A stretch of 64,000 nucleotides of DNA from an uncultured Pseudomonadota bacterium (GTDB lineage Bacteria > Pseudomonadota > Alphaproteobacteria > JACZXZ01). The position numbers and the translations under genes are program-made. The stretch spans positions 192,001 through 256,000 of the forward strand of contig CAVVLJ010000021.1 in NCBI GenBank assembly GCA_963749075.1. The letters run 5' to 3'. Every line of letters begins with the position of its first letter. Position 1 is the first letter of the stretch. The notes beneath the pieces are model-generated. The model did not search any database and had not been told where the DNA came from. It saw only the letters and a list, made by a program, of their open reading frames with translations. Below, in pieces: positions 9,687 to 20,793 of this stretch.

Positions 9687-10346
9687 ATGAGCCGCAGCCC
9701 GTTCGACCCGAGCATCGATCAGCTGCCGCGGGTGCTGCCGATCTTCCCGCTGGCCGGCGCCTTGCTGTTGCCGGGCGGCCGGCTGCCCCTCATCATCTTC
9801 GAGCCGCGCTATCTCGCCATGATCCAGGACGCGCTGCGCGCCGACCGCATGATCGGCATGGTGCAGCCCCGCGAGGGCGAGGAGAAGGCGCCGGCGCCCG
9901 CGGTCTACCGCCTCGGCTGCGCCGGACGCATCGTCTCCTTCGACGAGACCGACGACGGGCGCTTTCACATCGCCCTCGCCGGCCTGGCGCGCTTCACCAT
10001 CGCCGAGGAGCTGCCGGGCATCAACGGCTACCGCCGCGTGGTGCCGGATTTCTCGCGCCATTACGACGATTTCAAGCAGGCGCCGGACGGCACCATCGAC
10101 CGCAAGCGCCTCGCCCAGACGGTGCGCGCCTACTTCAAGCTGCAGAGCATCCAGGCCGACTGGAAGGCGATCGAGGCGGCCTCCGACGAGCGCCTCATCA
10201 CCACGCTCGCCATGGCCTGCCCCTTCGAGCCGAGCGAGAAGCAGGCGCTCCTCGAGGCGCGCGACCTCGCCGAGCGCGCGCGCGTGATGACGGCGCTCTT
10301 CGAGATGGCGGTGCTCGGCCGCAAGTCGGGCGAGGCGCGCCACTGA
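9687..10346 (+). CDS. LON peptidase substrate-binding (N-terminal) domain protein
   Basis: PIFPLAGALLLPGGRLPLIIFEPRY motif; conserved position after cnoX. Confidence 0.9.
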   Translation: MSRSPFDPSIDQLPRVLPIFPLAGALLLPGGRLPLIIFEPRYLAMIQDALRADRMIGMVQPREGEEKAPAPAVYRLGCAGRIVSFDETDDGRFHIALAGLARFTIAEELPGINGYRRVVPDFSRHYDDFKQAPDGTIDRKRLAQTVRAYFKLQSIQADWKAIEAASDERLITTLAMACPFEPSEKQALLEARDLAERARVMTALFEMAVLGRKSGEARH

Positions 10347-10374
10347 CTAGAGCTGCAGCAAGGAGGTGCAAGCC

Positions 10375-10587
10375 ATGGCCGAGGCGAAATCCGGGGTCGA
10401 CCCCAAGCTGCTCGAGATCCTGGTCTGCCCGCTTACCAAGGCGGCGCTGCGCTACGACCGCGAGGCGAACGAGCTGGTCAGCGAGGCGGCGGGGCTCGCC
10501 TATCCCATCCGCGACGGCATCCCCATCATGCTGGTCGAGGAGGCGCGGCGGCTCGACGAGGCGAAGAGCTCGGCAGCGCAGGAGTGA
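10375..10587 (+). CDS. Trm112 family protein (UPF0434)
   Basis: [14 protein letters not shown]...[12 protein letters not shown]. Confidence 0.92.
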   Translation: MAEAKSGVDPKLLEILVCPLTKAALRYDREANELVSEAAGLAYPIRDGIPIMLVEEARRLDEAKSSAAQE

Positions 10588-10593
10588 ACGAGC

Positions 10594-10998
10594 GTGACCG
10601 GCGGGCGCAAAGCCGAACTCGGCACCCAGCACTGGCCCCTCGAGATCCGCCTCAAGCAGGCGGAGAAGCTCCTCGAGATCGATTTCGACGACGGCGCCGC
10701 CTACCGCTACCCGGCCGAATACCTGCGCGTCGAGAGCCCGTTGGCCGAGGTGCAGGGCCATGGTCCCTCCCAGAAGCAGCTCGTGGCCGGGCGCCGCCAC
10801 GTCGGCATCCTCTCCCTCGAGCCGGTCGGCAACTATGCGATCCGCATTACCTTCGACGACCTCCACGACACCGGCATCTTCACCTGGGCCTATCTCTACG
10901 AGCTCGGCGCCGAGCAGGACGAGAGGTGGCGGCGCTACATAGCCGCGCTCGCGGCGAGCGGCCTGTCGCGCGATCCGCCGCGGCGCGCCGGCGCCTGA
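10594..10998 (+). CDS. DUF971 / gamma-butyrobetaine hydroxylase N-terminal-like protein
   Basis: AEYLRVESPLAEVQGH, VGNYAIRITFDDLHDTGIFTW motifs. Confidence 0.88.
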   Translation: MTGGRKAELGTQHWPLEIRLKQAEKLLEIDFDDGAAYRYPAEYLRVESPLAEVQGHGPSQKQLVAGRRHVGILSLEPVGNYAIRITFDDLHDTGIFTWAYLYELGAEQDERWRRYIAALAASGLSRDPPRRAGA

Positions 10999-11012
10999 GC
11001 CGCGCGCAAGCG

Positions 11013-11792
11013 ATGTCCGGGCTGCCCTATCTCGAGGCCTTCGCATTGCGCGGGCGGGTGGCGCTCGTCACCGGCAGCGCGCGCGGCCTGGGCTTCGAGA
11101 TCGCCAAGGCGATGGCAGGCTCAGGCGCCCACGTGGTGCTCAACGGCCGCGACGGCGCCCGCCTCGAGCCTGCGGCGGAGGCCGTGCGCAGAGCCGGCGG
11201 CGAGGCCTCGACCGCGGCCTTCGACGTGAGCGACGGTGCTGCGCTCAAGGCAGCGCTCGCCGGCATCGCCGAGCGGCACGGCCGCCTCGACATCGTGGTC
11301 AACAACGTCGGTGCACGCAACCGCAAGCCGCTCGCGGAGCTCGGCGACGAGGACATCCGCCGCCTCCTCGATGTCGATCTCTTCGCCGGGCTCGTGCTGG
11401 CGCGCGAGGCGGGGCACTACATGCTGGCGCAGAAGAGCGGCCGGCTCATCGCCGTCACCTCGATCGCCGGCCAGGTCGCGGGCTCGAAAGACGCCGCCTA
11501 CACCGCGGCCAAGCAGGGCCTGACCGGGCTGGTGCGGGCGCTCGCGGTCGAGTACGGGCCCCACGGCATCACCAGCAACGCCATCGCACCGGGCTTCTTC
11601 GCGACCGAGACCAACGCCGCACTCGTCGCCGATCCGGCCACGGCCGAGCACGTCGACCGCCGCATCCCGCTCAAGCGCTGGGGGCGGCCCGAGGAGATCG
11701 CGGGTGCGGCCGTCTTCCTCGCCTCGCCGGCCGCCTCCTTCGTCAACGGCCACGTGCTGGTCGTCGACGGCGGCATGACGATCGCGATGTGA
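11013..11792 (+). CDS. SDR family oxidoreductase (gluconate 5-dehydrogenase-like)
   Basis: TGSARGLG, NNVG, YTAAK catalytic motif, NAIAPG, VDGG. Confidence 0.9.
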   Translation: MSGLPYLEAFALRGRVALVTGSARGLGFEIAKAMAGSGAHVVLNGRDGARLEPAAEAVRRAGGEASTAAFDVSDGAALKAALAGIAERHGRLDIVVNNVGARNRKPLAELGDEDIRRLLDVDLFAGLVLAREAGHYMLAQKSGRLIAVTSIAGQVAGSKDAAYTAAKQGLTGLVRALAVEYGPHGITSNAIAPGFFATETNAALVADPATAEHVDRRIPLKRWGRPEEIAGAAVFLASPAASFVNGHVLVVDGGMTIAM

Positions 11793-11795
11793 GCG

Positions 11796-13046
11796 TTAAA
11801 GCGGCTCGCCCTTGATGAGGCGCGGGAGCTCGCCCACGACGCCCATGGCGTGGCGCATGAAGAGGCGCTTGAGCGGCGGCAGCTCGTTGACCAGGCCGAG
11901 CCCGAGATCGCGCGCCAGGCGCAAGAGCGGCACGTTGTTGGAGAACAGGCGGTTGAGCGCATCGGTCGCCGCCATCAGCGCCATCGTGTCGAAGCGGCGC
12001 CAGCGCTGGTAGCGCTGGAGGAGCTCGCCGCCGCCCAAGTCGAGGCCGAGGCGCCGGGCGTCGACGAGTATCTCGGCGAGTGCTGCCACGTCGCGCAGGC
12101 CGAGATTGAGGCCTTGCCCTGCGATGGGATGGATGGCGTGCGCCGCGTCGCCGACGAGCGCCAGGCGCTCGTCCACGTAGCGCGCCGCATGGAGGAGTGC
12201 CAGGGGATACGAGAAACGCGGCCCCGCGAGCGTGAGGCGGCCCAGGTAGGGGCCGAAGCGGCGCTCGAGCTCGGCGGTGAAATCCGCCTCGTCGAGGGCG
12301 AGGAGTACGGGTGCCAGCTCTCCGTGCTCCGTCCACACGATCGAGGAGCGCTTTCCCGTCATCGGCAGGAAGGCGAGCGGACCCGCCGGAAGGAAGCGCT
12401 CATGGGCGATGCCGCGGTGCGGGCGCTCATGGGCGACCGTCGCCACGATGCCGGTCTGCGGGTAGCTCCAGGCGGTGACGGGGATGCCGGCCTCCTCGCG
12501 CAAGGGCGAGTTGCGCCCATCGGCGGCGACGGCGAGCATGGCCTCGATGCGTCGTCCGTCGCCGAGCTCCGCTTCGACGCGGGCGCCGTGCCGCTCGAGC
12601 CGGGCAAGCTCGACGGGTGCTAGGAGCCTTGCGGAGGAGAGTTCCGCAAGCCGCGCGAAGAGGCATCTGCGGATGTCGCGGTTCTCGACGATGTAGCCGA
12701 GCGGATGGTCGGCCACCTCGGCGTGGCAGTACTCGAGGAAGAGAAGCGACGGCCCGTCGGAGACGCGGATGTCGAGGATGGGCTCGGCCGCAGACGCCAT
12801 CGACGGCCACAGGCCGATGGCGGCGAGCGCCTGGGCCGAGCCCCAGGCGATCGCCGAGGCGCGGCCGTCGAAGGCGCTCTCCTCCTGTCGCGCCGGGGCG
12901 GTGCTGTCGAGGATGATCACCTCGATGCCGGCCCCGGCAAGGGCCGCCGCCAGCGTCATGCCGACCATGCCGCCGCCCACGACGAGCACCTCGGTCGAGA
13001 GTGCGCTCTCCGTACCCGCCGGCCGGTCGTCGTCGTGGCTTGCCAT
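11796..13046 (-). CDS. UbiH/UbiL/COQ6-family FAD-dependent ubiquinone biosynthesis hydroxylase
   Basis: VVGGGMVG FAD motif, ADG, ERFLPAGPLAFLP, GDAAHAIHPIAGQGLNLG. Confidence 0.92.
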   Translation of the reverse strand: MASHDDDRPAGTESALSTEVLVVGGGMVGMTLAAALAGAGIEVIILDSTAPARQEESAFDGRASAIAWGSAQALAAIGLWPSMASAAEPILDIRVSDGPSLLFLEYCHAEVADHPLGYIVENRDIRRCLFARLAELSSARLLAPVELARLERHGARVEAELGDGRRIEAMLAVAADGRNSPLREEAGIPVTAWSYPQTGIVATVAHERPHRGIAHERFLPAGPLAFLPMTGKRSSIVWTEHGELAPVLLALDEADFTAELERRFGPYLGRLTLAGPRFSYPLALLHAARYVDERLALVGDAAHAIHPIAGQGLNLGLRDVAALAEILVDARRLGLDLGGGELLQRYQRWRRFDTMALMAATDALNRLFSNNVPLLRLARDLGLGLVNELPPLKRLFMRHAMGVVGELPRLIKGEPL

Positions 13047-13187
13047 GACCGCACCATCGCCGACGCCGGGCGGCCTGTCCAGGGGCTGGCGTGGAAGCTG
13101 CCGAGCGCGGAAGCCGGTGCACCTGATGGCCGGGCGGGCAACGCCGCCCTTGTGGCTGCCGCGGCGCGAGCCGCGGCGCGCGGACGC

Positions 13188-13400
13188 TCAGGCCTGGTCT
13201 GCGGCCCGGCGCTGCCGGTGGTTATGAGTACAGGCGAAGTAGAGCGCCCCGGTCACCACCGCCCAGGCGGCAATGACGATATATGCCGAGAGGATGCCGC
13301 TGATCATGGTGATGATCGAAAGGGCGAGGGCGTAGAAGTACAGCAAGGCGATGCCGAACGTGCTGGCTCCGACGAAAAGCTCCCTCAATCCCAATGTCAT
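13188..13400 (-). CDS. Small two-TM membrane protein, copy A (unknown function)
   Basis: 70 aa, hydrophobic; AAGGAA RBS upstream; 28/54 identical without gaps to 15880..16089. Confidence 0.75.
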   Translation of the reverse strand: MTLGLRELFVGASTFGIALLYFYALALSIITMISGILSAYIVIAAWAVVTGALYFACTHNHRQRRAADQA

Positions 13401-13479
13401 GATCGATTCCTTTCGCTGCTATCTGCTCCGGCTCGCGGAGGGCGGTCCCACTATATTTAGCATAGCGACCAGCCGTTAA

Positions 13480-14106
<627 letters not shown>

Positions 14107-14253
14107 CAAGCACCTTGACCGTTGGGAGTGACTCATATGGCCACAAGAACAAGAGATGGATGGGCGCCCGGCGCCGCAAGCATGACGTCGCCCGCGCTCG
14201 AGCTCTGCCGTAGCGCCCGCGCCGGCATCGGTGCTGCGCGCTGGAGCGACGCG

Positions 14254-15669
14254 ATGCGCCGCACGGCCGCTCTCGCGCTCTTCCTGCTGCTGGCGGCGCT
14301 TGCCGTGGCGGCGTTCGGCGGCGCGGCCTTTGCCCAGCAGGCACCCGCGGCACCGGCCGCGGCCGCCCCGGCCGCCGCCGCGGCGCCGGCGGCGACGCCC
14401 GCACCGCCCAAGATCGATTCCGGCGACACCGCCTGGATGCTCGCCTCGGTAGCGCTCGTCCTCATGATGACCATCCCCGGCCTTGCCCTCTTCTACGGCG
14501 GCATGGTGCGCAAGATGAACGTGCTCTCCACCGTGATGCAGAGCTTCGCCATCACCTGCCTCGTCACCGTGCTGTGGACCATCCTCAACTACTCCACCGC
14601 CTTCACCGCCGGCACCCCCTTCATCGGCGGCCTCTCGCGCTTCCTCCTCCAGGGCGTGGTGAGCGACATCGCCGCCGACACCAAGCTGGTGCCCTCGGTC
14701 AACTCGCTCGCACCCACCATCCCCGAGATGGTCTACATGTGCTTCCAGATGACCTTCGCCATCATCACGCCGGCCCTCATCGCCGGCGCCTTCGCCGAGC
14801 GCATGAAGTTCTCCGCCATGCTGTGGTTCATTGGCCTCTGGGCCACCCTCGTCTATGCCCCCATCGCCCACTGGGTGTGGGGGCCCGACGGCTTCCTCTC
14901 GAGCGGCAACGACAAGGCCGCCGTCAAGGTGCTCGACTTCGCGGGCGGCACCGTGGTGCACATCAACTCCGGCGTCGCCGGCCTCATGTGCGCCCTCATG
15001 CTGGGCAAGCGCAAGGGCCTCGGCACTGAGCACATGGCGCCCCACAACCTGGTGCTCACCCTGATCGGCGCCTCCCTCCTCTGGGTCGGCTGGTTCGGCT
15101 TCAACGCCGGCTCCGCCGTCTCCGCAGGCCTCCAGGCCGGCATGGCCATGGCCGTCACCCAGATCGCCACCGCCACCGCCGCCCTCTCCTGGATGTTCGT
15201 CGAGTGGGCCTGCAAAGGGAAGCCGAGCGTGCTCGGCATCTGCTCCGGCGCCGTCGCCGGCCTCGTCGCCATCACCCCCGCCTCCGGCTTCGTCGGCCCC
15301 ATCGGCGCCCTCGTCATCGGCATCGTCGCCGGTGCGGTGTGCTACTGGGGTGCGGTGTGGCTCAAGGGCAAGATCGGCTACGACGACGCCCTCGACGCCT
15401 TCGGCGTCCATGCCGTGGGCGGCATCGCCGGCGCCCTCTTGACCGGCGTCTTCGCCATCCAGCAATACGGCGGCACCGCCGGCCTCATCGAGGGCAACCC
15501 AGGCCAGGTCCTGAACCAGCTCGAGGGCATCGTCATCGTCATCGTCTACGACGCCATCGTGAGCCTCATCCTCCTCAAGATCATCGACGCCACCATCGGA
15601 CTGCGCGTCAGCGAGGAGATCGAGCGCGACGGCCTCGATCTCGCCCTCCATGGCGAGGTCGTGCAGTAG
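14254..15669 (+). CDS. amtB: Ammonium transporter AmtB
   Basis: Signal peptide, GDTAWML, FQMTFAIIT, DFAGGTVVH, WFGFNAGS, FGVH; GGAG RBS before ATG 14254. Confidence 0.96.
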   Translation: MRRTAALALFLLLAALAVAAFGGAAFAQQAPAAPAAAAPAAAAAPAATPAPPKIDSGDTAWMLASVALVLMMTIPGLALFYGGMVRKMNVLSTVMQSFAITCLVTVLWTILNYSTAFTAGTPFIGGLSRFLLQGVVSDIAADTKLVPSVNSLAPTIPEMVYMCFQMTFAIITPALIAGAFAERMKFSAMLWFIGLWATLVYAPIAHWVWGPDGFLSSGNDKAAVKVLDFAGGTVVHINSGVAGLMCALMLGKRKGLGTEHMAPHNLVLTLIGASLLWVGWFGFNAGSAVSAGLQAGMAMAVTQIATATAALSWMFVEWACKGKPSVLGICSGAVAGLVAITPASGFVGPIGALVIGIVAGAVCYWGAVWLKGKIGYDDALDAFGVHAVGGIAGALLTGVFAIQQYGGTAGLIEGNPGQVLNQLEGIVIVIVYDAIVSLILLKIIDATIGLRVSEEIERDGLDLALHGEVVQ

Positions 15670-15693
15670 ACGCCGAGCGGCACGCCACGCGCC

Positions 15694-15728
15694 AACGGCC
15701 CGGCCGCCATGGCCGGGCCGTTTCGCTT
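15694..15728 (+). terminator. Probable intrinsic terminator after amtB
   Basis: aacggcccggcc-gccat-ggccgggccgtt hairpin followed by a short T-rich tail. Confidence 0.6.
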
Positions 15729-15879
15729 GCCCGCCTGGCGAGCGCCTGCTCGTGCGGCCCGCGGCCGGCCGCCCTTCCGCAACGCCGGTGAAACCGCAAC
15801 GATGCCCGGGGATCAATGCCTGGGGATCAGCCGGCGCAGCCGCAGCTTCGCCGCGAGCGCCGGCCCAGCGACCGGAGGC

Positions 15880-16089
15880 TCAGGGAATTCCCGAAGTCCG
15901 CAGCTTCTGATCGAGGCGCTTCTCGTAATAGAGCACCCCGAAGAGGAGGAGCCAGGCGCCCACCACGATGTACCACGGCAGGCCGCCGTTGAGCACGACA
16001 ATGATCGACAAGCTCAAGGCGTAGAAATAAAGGAGGCAGATTGCGAATACGCCGACGCCGACAAAGAGACCCGCGACCACGTTTTTCAT
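15880..16089 (-). CDS. Small two-TM membrane protein, copy B (unknown function)
   Basis: 69 aa; shares LFVG..F.I.LLYFYAL.LSII....G.L..YIV..AW....G.LY with 13188..13400. Confidence 0.75.
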   Translation of the reverse strand: MKNVVAGLFVGVGVFAICLLYFYALSLSIIVVLNGGLPWYIVVGAWLLLFGVLYYEKRLDQKLRTSGIP

Positions 16090-16097
16090 GGCAACAA

Positions 16098-16127
16098 ACT
16101 ATACCAGCATTCGTCCGGCATTTGCAA
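16098..16127 (-). promoter_or_regulatory. Sigma70-like promoter of microprotein B, probably giving a leaderless mRNA
   Basis: TTGCAA-18 nt-TATAGT ending 8 nt before the ATG; no SD sequence. Confidence 0.55.
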
Positions 16128-16718
16128 AGGCCGGCAGCAAAAAGAAGCGGAGCGAACGCCCGAGCGAGACTTCGGCAGGCCAACGCCGTGCCGCAGTCTT
16201 ATCGCTCCCGCCGTGGCAAGGGCCTTCGGCCCCGGATCGAATATGGCCGGGAGTTTCCCTGGCATGCCCGATCGGGAACGCTCCGCGCGCGCTTAGGATC
16301 GTTAGTTCGGCATCTAAGCACCTGGCTGGAGGGGCCGTGCCGTCCGCGGCAGCGCGCCGTTCCGCGCGCGGGTCAACCCTTTCGCCTTTTTCGCGAATAA
16401 TATAAGATGGTAACGGCAGCGAACTCACTATCAACGCGAGGTCATATGGGTAATCCATTGTTGTAATGTCATTTATATGGCCAGATGAAGCGGGCGTGCC
16501 GGCGGCCGATTGTCTCGTCGTCTCCGAGTCGCGCATCGGCGAACAAATGCAAAACGGAAAAAGCGAACCCCTTTCATTTGTATTATTCTCGCCTGGGCAC
16601 CCCGAGATGCAGTGTTACTTAAGCATGAGGAAGCTTGTGTCTCCGGCCCGTCGCGGTTACACTCGTTTACCTTTTGTACCTTGGGCAGGCGCTCCCTCTC
16701 GGGCGAGGAGTTGAGCGG

Positions 16719-19142
16719 ATGGCGCGCGCCGCGGCGCATCGATCGAACCGGCTCGCTCTGCTGCCGCCCGAGGCGGCGCAGTTCCTGCGCCGCCGGCTCG
16801 CCGAGCTCGGTGGAGCGGTGCTCCTTCTCTGCGGCCTCGCGGTGCTCCTGGCGCTCGCGAGCTACGAGCCCTCCGATCCGTCGTTCAACCATGCGACCAG
16901 CAGTGCCGCGCGCAATCTCGCGGGTGCGGCCGGCGCCTACGGGGCCGATCTCCTGCTGCAGCCCTTCGGCCTGGCGGCGACCCTCATCGGCGTGGTCGCA
17001 GCACTCTGGGGCTGGCGCCTTGCCGCGCACAAGGGCCTCCCCCACCCGCTCCTCCGCGTCATCGCCTTAGCCCCTCTCCTCCTCTTCGCGGCCATCGCCG
17101 CGGCGGCGCTGCCGCCGCCCGCGGGCTGGCCCGTGAGGACCGGCGTCGGCGGCTTCGTCGGGCTCATCGGCCACGGCCGCTTCGCCAGCGCCGCCGAGAC
17201 GAGCGGCCTCGACCTCGGCGGCGGGCTTCTCGGCCTCGCCGCGGCAATCCCGGCGGGCGCCCTCTTCCTCTACATCCTCGGCTTCAGCTGGGCCGAATGG
17301 AAGGCGCTGGCCCGCTGGCTCGCCTGGCTCGCGGTCGGGGCGCCGCCGGCGCTCTTGCGTGCCCTCGTGCTGGCCTTCTTGCGCGCGAGGCAGCTGTGCT
17401 CGGCTCTCCTCGGCAGCGGCAGGAGGCGGCTCGTCGAGCGCGCGGCCGAGCCGCGTCTCGGCTCGCCCGTCCAGCGCGGGCGCCGCGAGGGCGGCGAGGC
17501 CGCAGCCGGGGCTGCGGGCCGCGCCGGCCGCGAGGGTGCCGCGCCGGCCATCGAGCCGCGCGCCGCCAATCCGGCCGGGCGCAAGCGGAACGCGCATTCC
17601 AGGCAAGCCAGCCTGGAGCTCGACACCGAGGAGAATTACGAGCTGCCGCCGCTCGACCTTCTGACGCTGCCGCCCGCCGCCCGCCACGAGGAGCGCCTGG
17701 ACGAGGAGGCGCTCTCGGCCAATGCGCGCCTCCTCGAGTCGGTGCTCGAGGACTTCGGCGTCAAGGGCAAGATCGTCAAGGTGCGCCCGGGACCTGTGGT
17801 GGCGCTCTACGAGCTCGAGCCCGCACCCGGCACCAAGTCCTCGCGCGTCATCAGCCTGGCCGACGACATCGCGCGCTCGATGAGCGCCATCTCGGTGCGC
17901 GTGGCCGTGGTGCCGGGGCGCAACGTGCTCGGCATCGAGCTGCCCAACGCGCGGCGCGAGACGGTCTACTTGCGCGAGCTCCTCGCCTCCGAGGCCTATG
18001 AGCGCACGGCGGCCAAGCTCACCCTCGTGCTGGGCAAGGACATCGGCGGGGCACCTGTGATCGTCGATCTCGCGCGCATGCCGCATCTCTTGATCGCCGG
18101 CACCACGGGCTCGGGCAAGTCGGTGGCGATCAACACCATGATCCTCTCGCTGCTCTACCGCCTGCCGCCGAGCCAGTGCAAGTTCGTCATGATCGATCCG
18201 AAGATGCTGGAGCTCTCGGTCTATGACGGCATCCCGCATCTCCTGGCGCCGGTGGTGACCGAGCCCAAGAAGGCGGTCGTGGCCCTCAAGTGGACGGTGC
18301 GCGAGATGGAGAACCGCTACCGCGCCATGTCGACGCTCGGCGTGCGCAACATCGCCGGCTACAACCTGCGTCTCCAGGAGGCGGCGCGCAAGGGCGAGAT
18401 GCTGAAGCGCCGCGTGCAGACCGGCTTCGACGCGGAGACGGGCAAGCCCCTCTTCGAGGAGCAGCCCCTCGAGATGGCGCCGCTCCCTTATATCGTCGTG
18501 GTCGTGGACGAGTTCGCCGACCTCATGCTCGTCGCCGGCAAGGACATCGAGGCGGCGGTCCAGCGCCTCTCCCAGATGGCGCGCGCCGCCGGCATCCATC
18601 TCCTCATGGCGACCCAGCGCCCCTCGGTCAACGTCATCACCGGCACCATCAAGGCGAACTTCCCCACGCGCGTGAGCTTCCAGGTCACCTCGCGCATCGA
18701 CAGCCGCACCATCCTCGGCGAGTCCGGCGCCGAGCAGCTCCTCGGCCAGGGCGACATGCTCCACATGGCGGGCGGCGGGCGCATCTCGCGCGTGCACGGG
18801 CCCTTCGTGCGCGACGACGAGGTCGAGGCCGTGGTGAGCTTCCTCAAGGCGCAGGGCGATCCCGCCTACGTCGAGGAGGTGACCGAGGAGGACGAGGACG
18901 CCATGCTGCCGGAGTTCGAGGGCGGCGGCGGCTCGGGCGACGAGCTCTACGACCGCGCGGTGGCCATCGTCTGCCGCGAGCGCAAGGCCTCGACCAGCTT
19001 CGTGCAGCGCTACCTGCAGATCGGCTACAACCGCGCCGCCCGCATCATCGAGCGCATGGAGGCGGAGGGCGTGGTGACCGCGGCCAACCACGTGGGCAAA
19101 CGCGAGGTGCTGGGCCGCAGCATCGAGGACGACGAGCCATGA
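16719..19142 (+). CDS. ftsK: DNA translocase FtsK
   Basis: N-terminal TMs, [14 protein letters not shown] Walker [26 protein letters not shown] gamma domain; GAGGAG RBS. Confidence 0.96.
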   Translation: MARAAAHRSNRLALLPPEAAQFLRRRLAELGGAVLLLCGLAVLLALASYEPSDPSFNHATSSAARNLAGAAGAYGADLLLQPFGLAATLIGVVAALWGWRLAAHKGLPHPLLRVIALAPLLLFAAIAAAALPPPAGWPVRTGVGGFVGLIGHGRFASAAETSGLDLGGGLLGLAAAIPAGALFLYILGFSWAEWKALARWLAWLAVGAPPALLRALVLAFLRARQLCSALLGSGRRRLVERAAEPRLGSPVQRGRREGGEAAAGAAGRAGREGAAPAIEPRAANPAGRKRNAHSRQASLELDTEENYELPPLDLLTLPPAARHEERLDEEALSANARLLESVLEDFGVKGKIVKVRPGPVVALYELEPAPGTKSSRVISLADDIARSMSAISVRVAVVPGRNVLGIELPNARRETVYLRELLASEAYERTAAKLTLVLGKDIGGAPVIVDLARMPHLLIAGTTGSGKSVAINTMILSLLYRLPPSQCKFVMIDPKMLELSVYDGIPHLLAPVVTEPKKAVVALKWTVREMENRYRAMSTLGVRNIAGYNLRLQEAARKGEMLKRRVQTGFDAETGKPLFEEQPLEMAPLPYIVVVVDEFADLMLVAGKDIEAAVQRLSQMARAAGIHLLMATQRPSVNVITGTIKANFPTRVSFQVTSRIDSRTILGESGAEQLLGQGDMLHMAGGGRISRVHGPFVRDDEVEAVVSFLKAQGDPAYVEEVTEEDEDAMLPEFEGGGGSGDELYDRAVAIVCRERKASTSFVQRYLQIGYNRAARIIERMEAEGVVTAANHVGKREVLGRSIEDDEP

Positions 19143-19263
19143 CGCCTGGGCAGACGACGGTTGCGCTCGCCCGCTCGCCGAACAATATATGGGCCATGTG
19201 CGGGAAGGCCCGCTCCGCGCCGGTGCGGGGCTTCCCGGGGCTTCGCAAGTGGGAGTCGAGCGA

Positions 19264-19911
19264 ATGAGGATACTTGAGGCCGCCGCTTTCAGCGCAATCC
19301 TGGCGCTCCTCCCCTTTGCCGCCGCCGCCGCCGCACCTCCCCCCGCCACTCTGAGTGCGGCCGACCAGGCCAACGTGGCGCGCGTCGAGGCCTATCTCGA
19401 TTCCATCCGCACCGTGCACGGCCACTTCCTGCAGACCACCGACGGCGACGTCGTGGGCGAGGGCAATTTCTACCTCGAGCGGCCCGGCAAGATGCGCATC
19501 CAGTACGACACGCCGAACAAGTTCTTCATGGTGGCGAGCGGCTCGACGCTGTCGATCTGGGACCCGCGGCTCAAGAAGGCGAGCTACGTGCCGGTCGACG
19601 CGACGCCGGCCTATTTTCTCATGCAGGAGAAGATCGGCCTCGGCAACGCCGTGATCGCCAGCAAGCTCGAGCGCGGCGACGCCTCGCTCCGCGTCACGGT
19701 CTACGAGAAGGACAAAGCCGACGAGGGCCGCATCGTGCTGATCTTCAGCGACCGGCCGCTCGAGCTCAAGAAGTGGAAGATGATCGACCACGACGGCAAC
19801 GAGACCGACATCGCGCTCGTCAATGCCGAGTTCAATACCAAGCTCGACCCCAACCTCTTCAAGTTCGTCGATCCCTCGCCGGGCGGCGGCAACGAGCGCT
19901 CGTCCAACTGA
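19264..19911 (+). CDS. lolA: Outer-membrane lipoprotein carrier LolA, copy 1
   Basis: Signal peptide; F.Q...G.FYLERPGKMRIQYD; position after ftsK. Confidence 0.88.
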   Translation: MRILEAAAFSAILALLPFAAAAAAPPPATLSAADQANVARVEAYLDSIRTVHGHFLQTTDGDVVGEGNFYLERPGKMRIQYDTPNKFFMVASGSTLSIWDPRLKKASYVPVDATPAYFLMQEKIGLGNAVIASKLERGDASLRVTVYEKDKADEGRIVLIFSDRPLELKKWKMIDHDGNETDIALVNAEFNTKLDPNLFKFVDPSPGGGNERSSN

Positions 19912-20059
19912 GCTCGCGCAACGCCGGCCGAGAGGGCGTTTCCCCAGGGAAGTCCCAACTGAAGCATTGAGGCGGTGCGGTCGAGCGACCATATTCCCGC
20001 TATGACCGGCTGTCGCGGCTTGGCCGCGCGGCGGCGGGATCAAGGACAGGAGCGACGGC

Positions 20060-20698
20060 ATGAGAGTCTTGAGGAGCGCCGCCTTGGCGGCGGCATTGCT
20101 GGTCCAGCCGCTCGCCGCAATGGCGGCGACGCCGGCGGCCACGCTCTCCGAGAGCGACCGCGCGGACGTGGCGCGCGTCGAGCAGTACCTCAATTCCATC
20201 CGCACGGTCGCCGCGCGCTTCATGCAGAGCTCGGAGGGCCGCGTCGCGCAAGGCAACTTCTACCTCGAGCGGCCGGGCAAAATGCGCATCCAGTACGATC
20301 CCCCGGACCCGCTCTTCATGGTGGCGAGCGGCATGTATCTCTCGGTCTACGACCCGCAGCTCAAGCAGGCGAGCTATCTGCCGATCGATTCCACGCCCGC
20401 CTATTTCCTCGTCAAGGACAAGGTGGGCTTCGAGGACAACGTGACGGTGAGCAAGATCGTGCGCGGCAGCGACGCGCTGCGCGTGACGCTCCACGACAGG
20501 GACCATCCCGACCAGGGCCGCATCACGCTCGTGTTCAGCGACAAGCCGCTGCAGCTGCGCAAGTGGACGGTGATAGACCGCAACGGCAAGGAGATCGACG
20601 TGGCGCTCCTCGACGCCCAGTTCGACACCAAGCTCGACCCCAATCTCTTCAAGTTCGTCGACCCCTCGCCGAGCGCCGGTCCAGGACACGCCAATTGA
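20060..20698 (+). CDS. lolA: Outer-membrane lipoprotein carrier LolA, copy 2
   Basis: Signal peptide; GNFYLERPGKMRIQYD and TKLDPNLFKFVDPSP identical to copy 1; AGGAG RBS. Confidence 0.88.
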   Translation: MRVLRSAALAAALLVQPLAAMAATPAATLSESDRADVARVEQYLNSIRTVAARFMQSSEGRVAQGNFYLERPGKMRIQYDPPDPLFMVASGMYLSVYDPQLKQASYLPIDSTPAYFLVKDKVGFEDNVTVSKIVRGSDALRVTLHDRDHPDQGRITLVFSDKPLQLRKWTVIDRNGKEIDVALLDAQFDTKLDPNLFKFVDPSPSAGPGHAN

Positions 20699-20793
20699 CC
20701 GCCGGCCGGCGGCACGGCCGCGGATTTCCCTTGCGGGCGGCGCCCGCCCATGATTCCCTAGTGCCGCAAGCGGCAACTCTGCGGGCGAATGCC

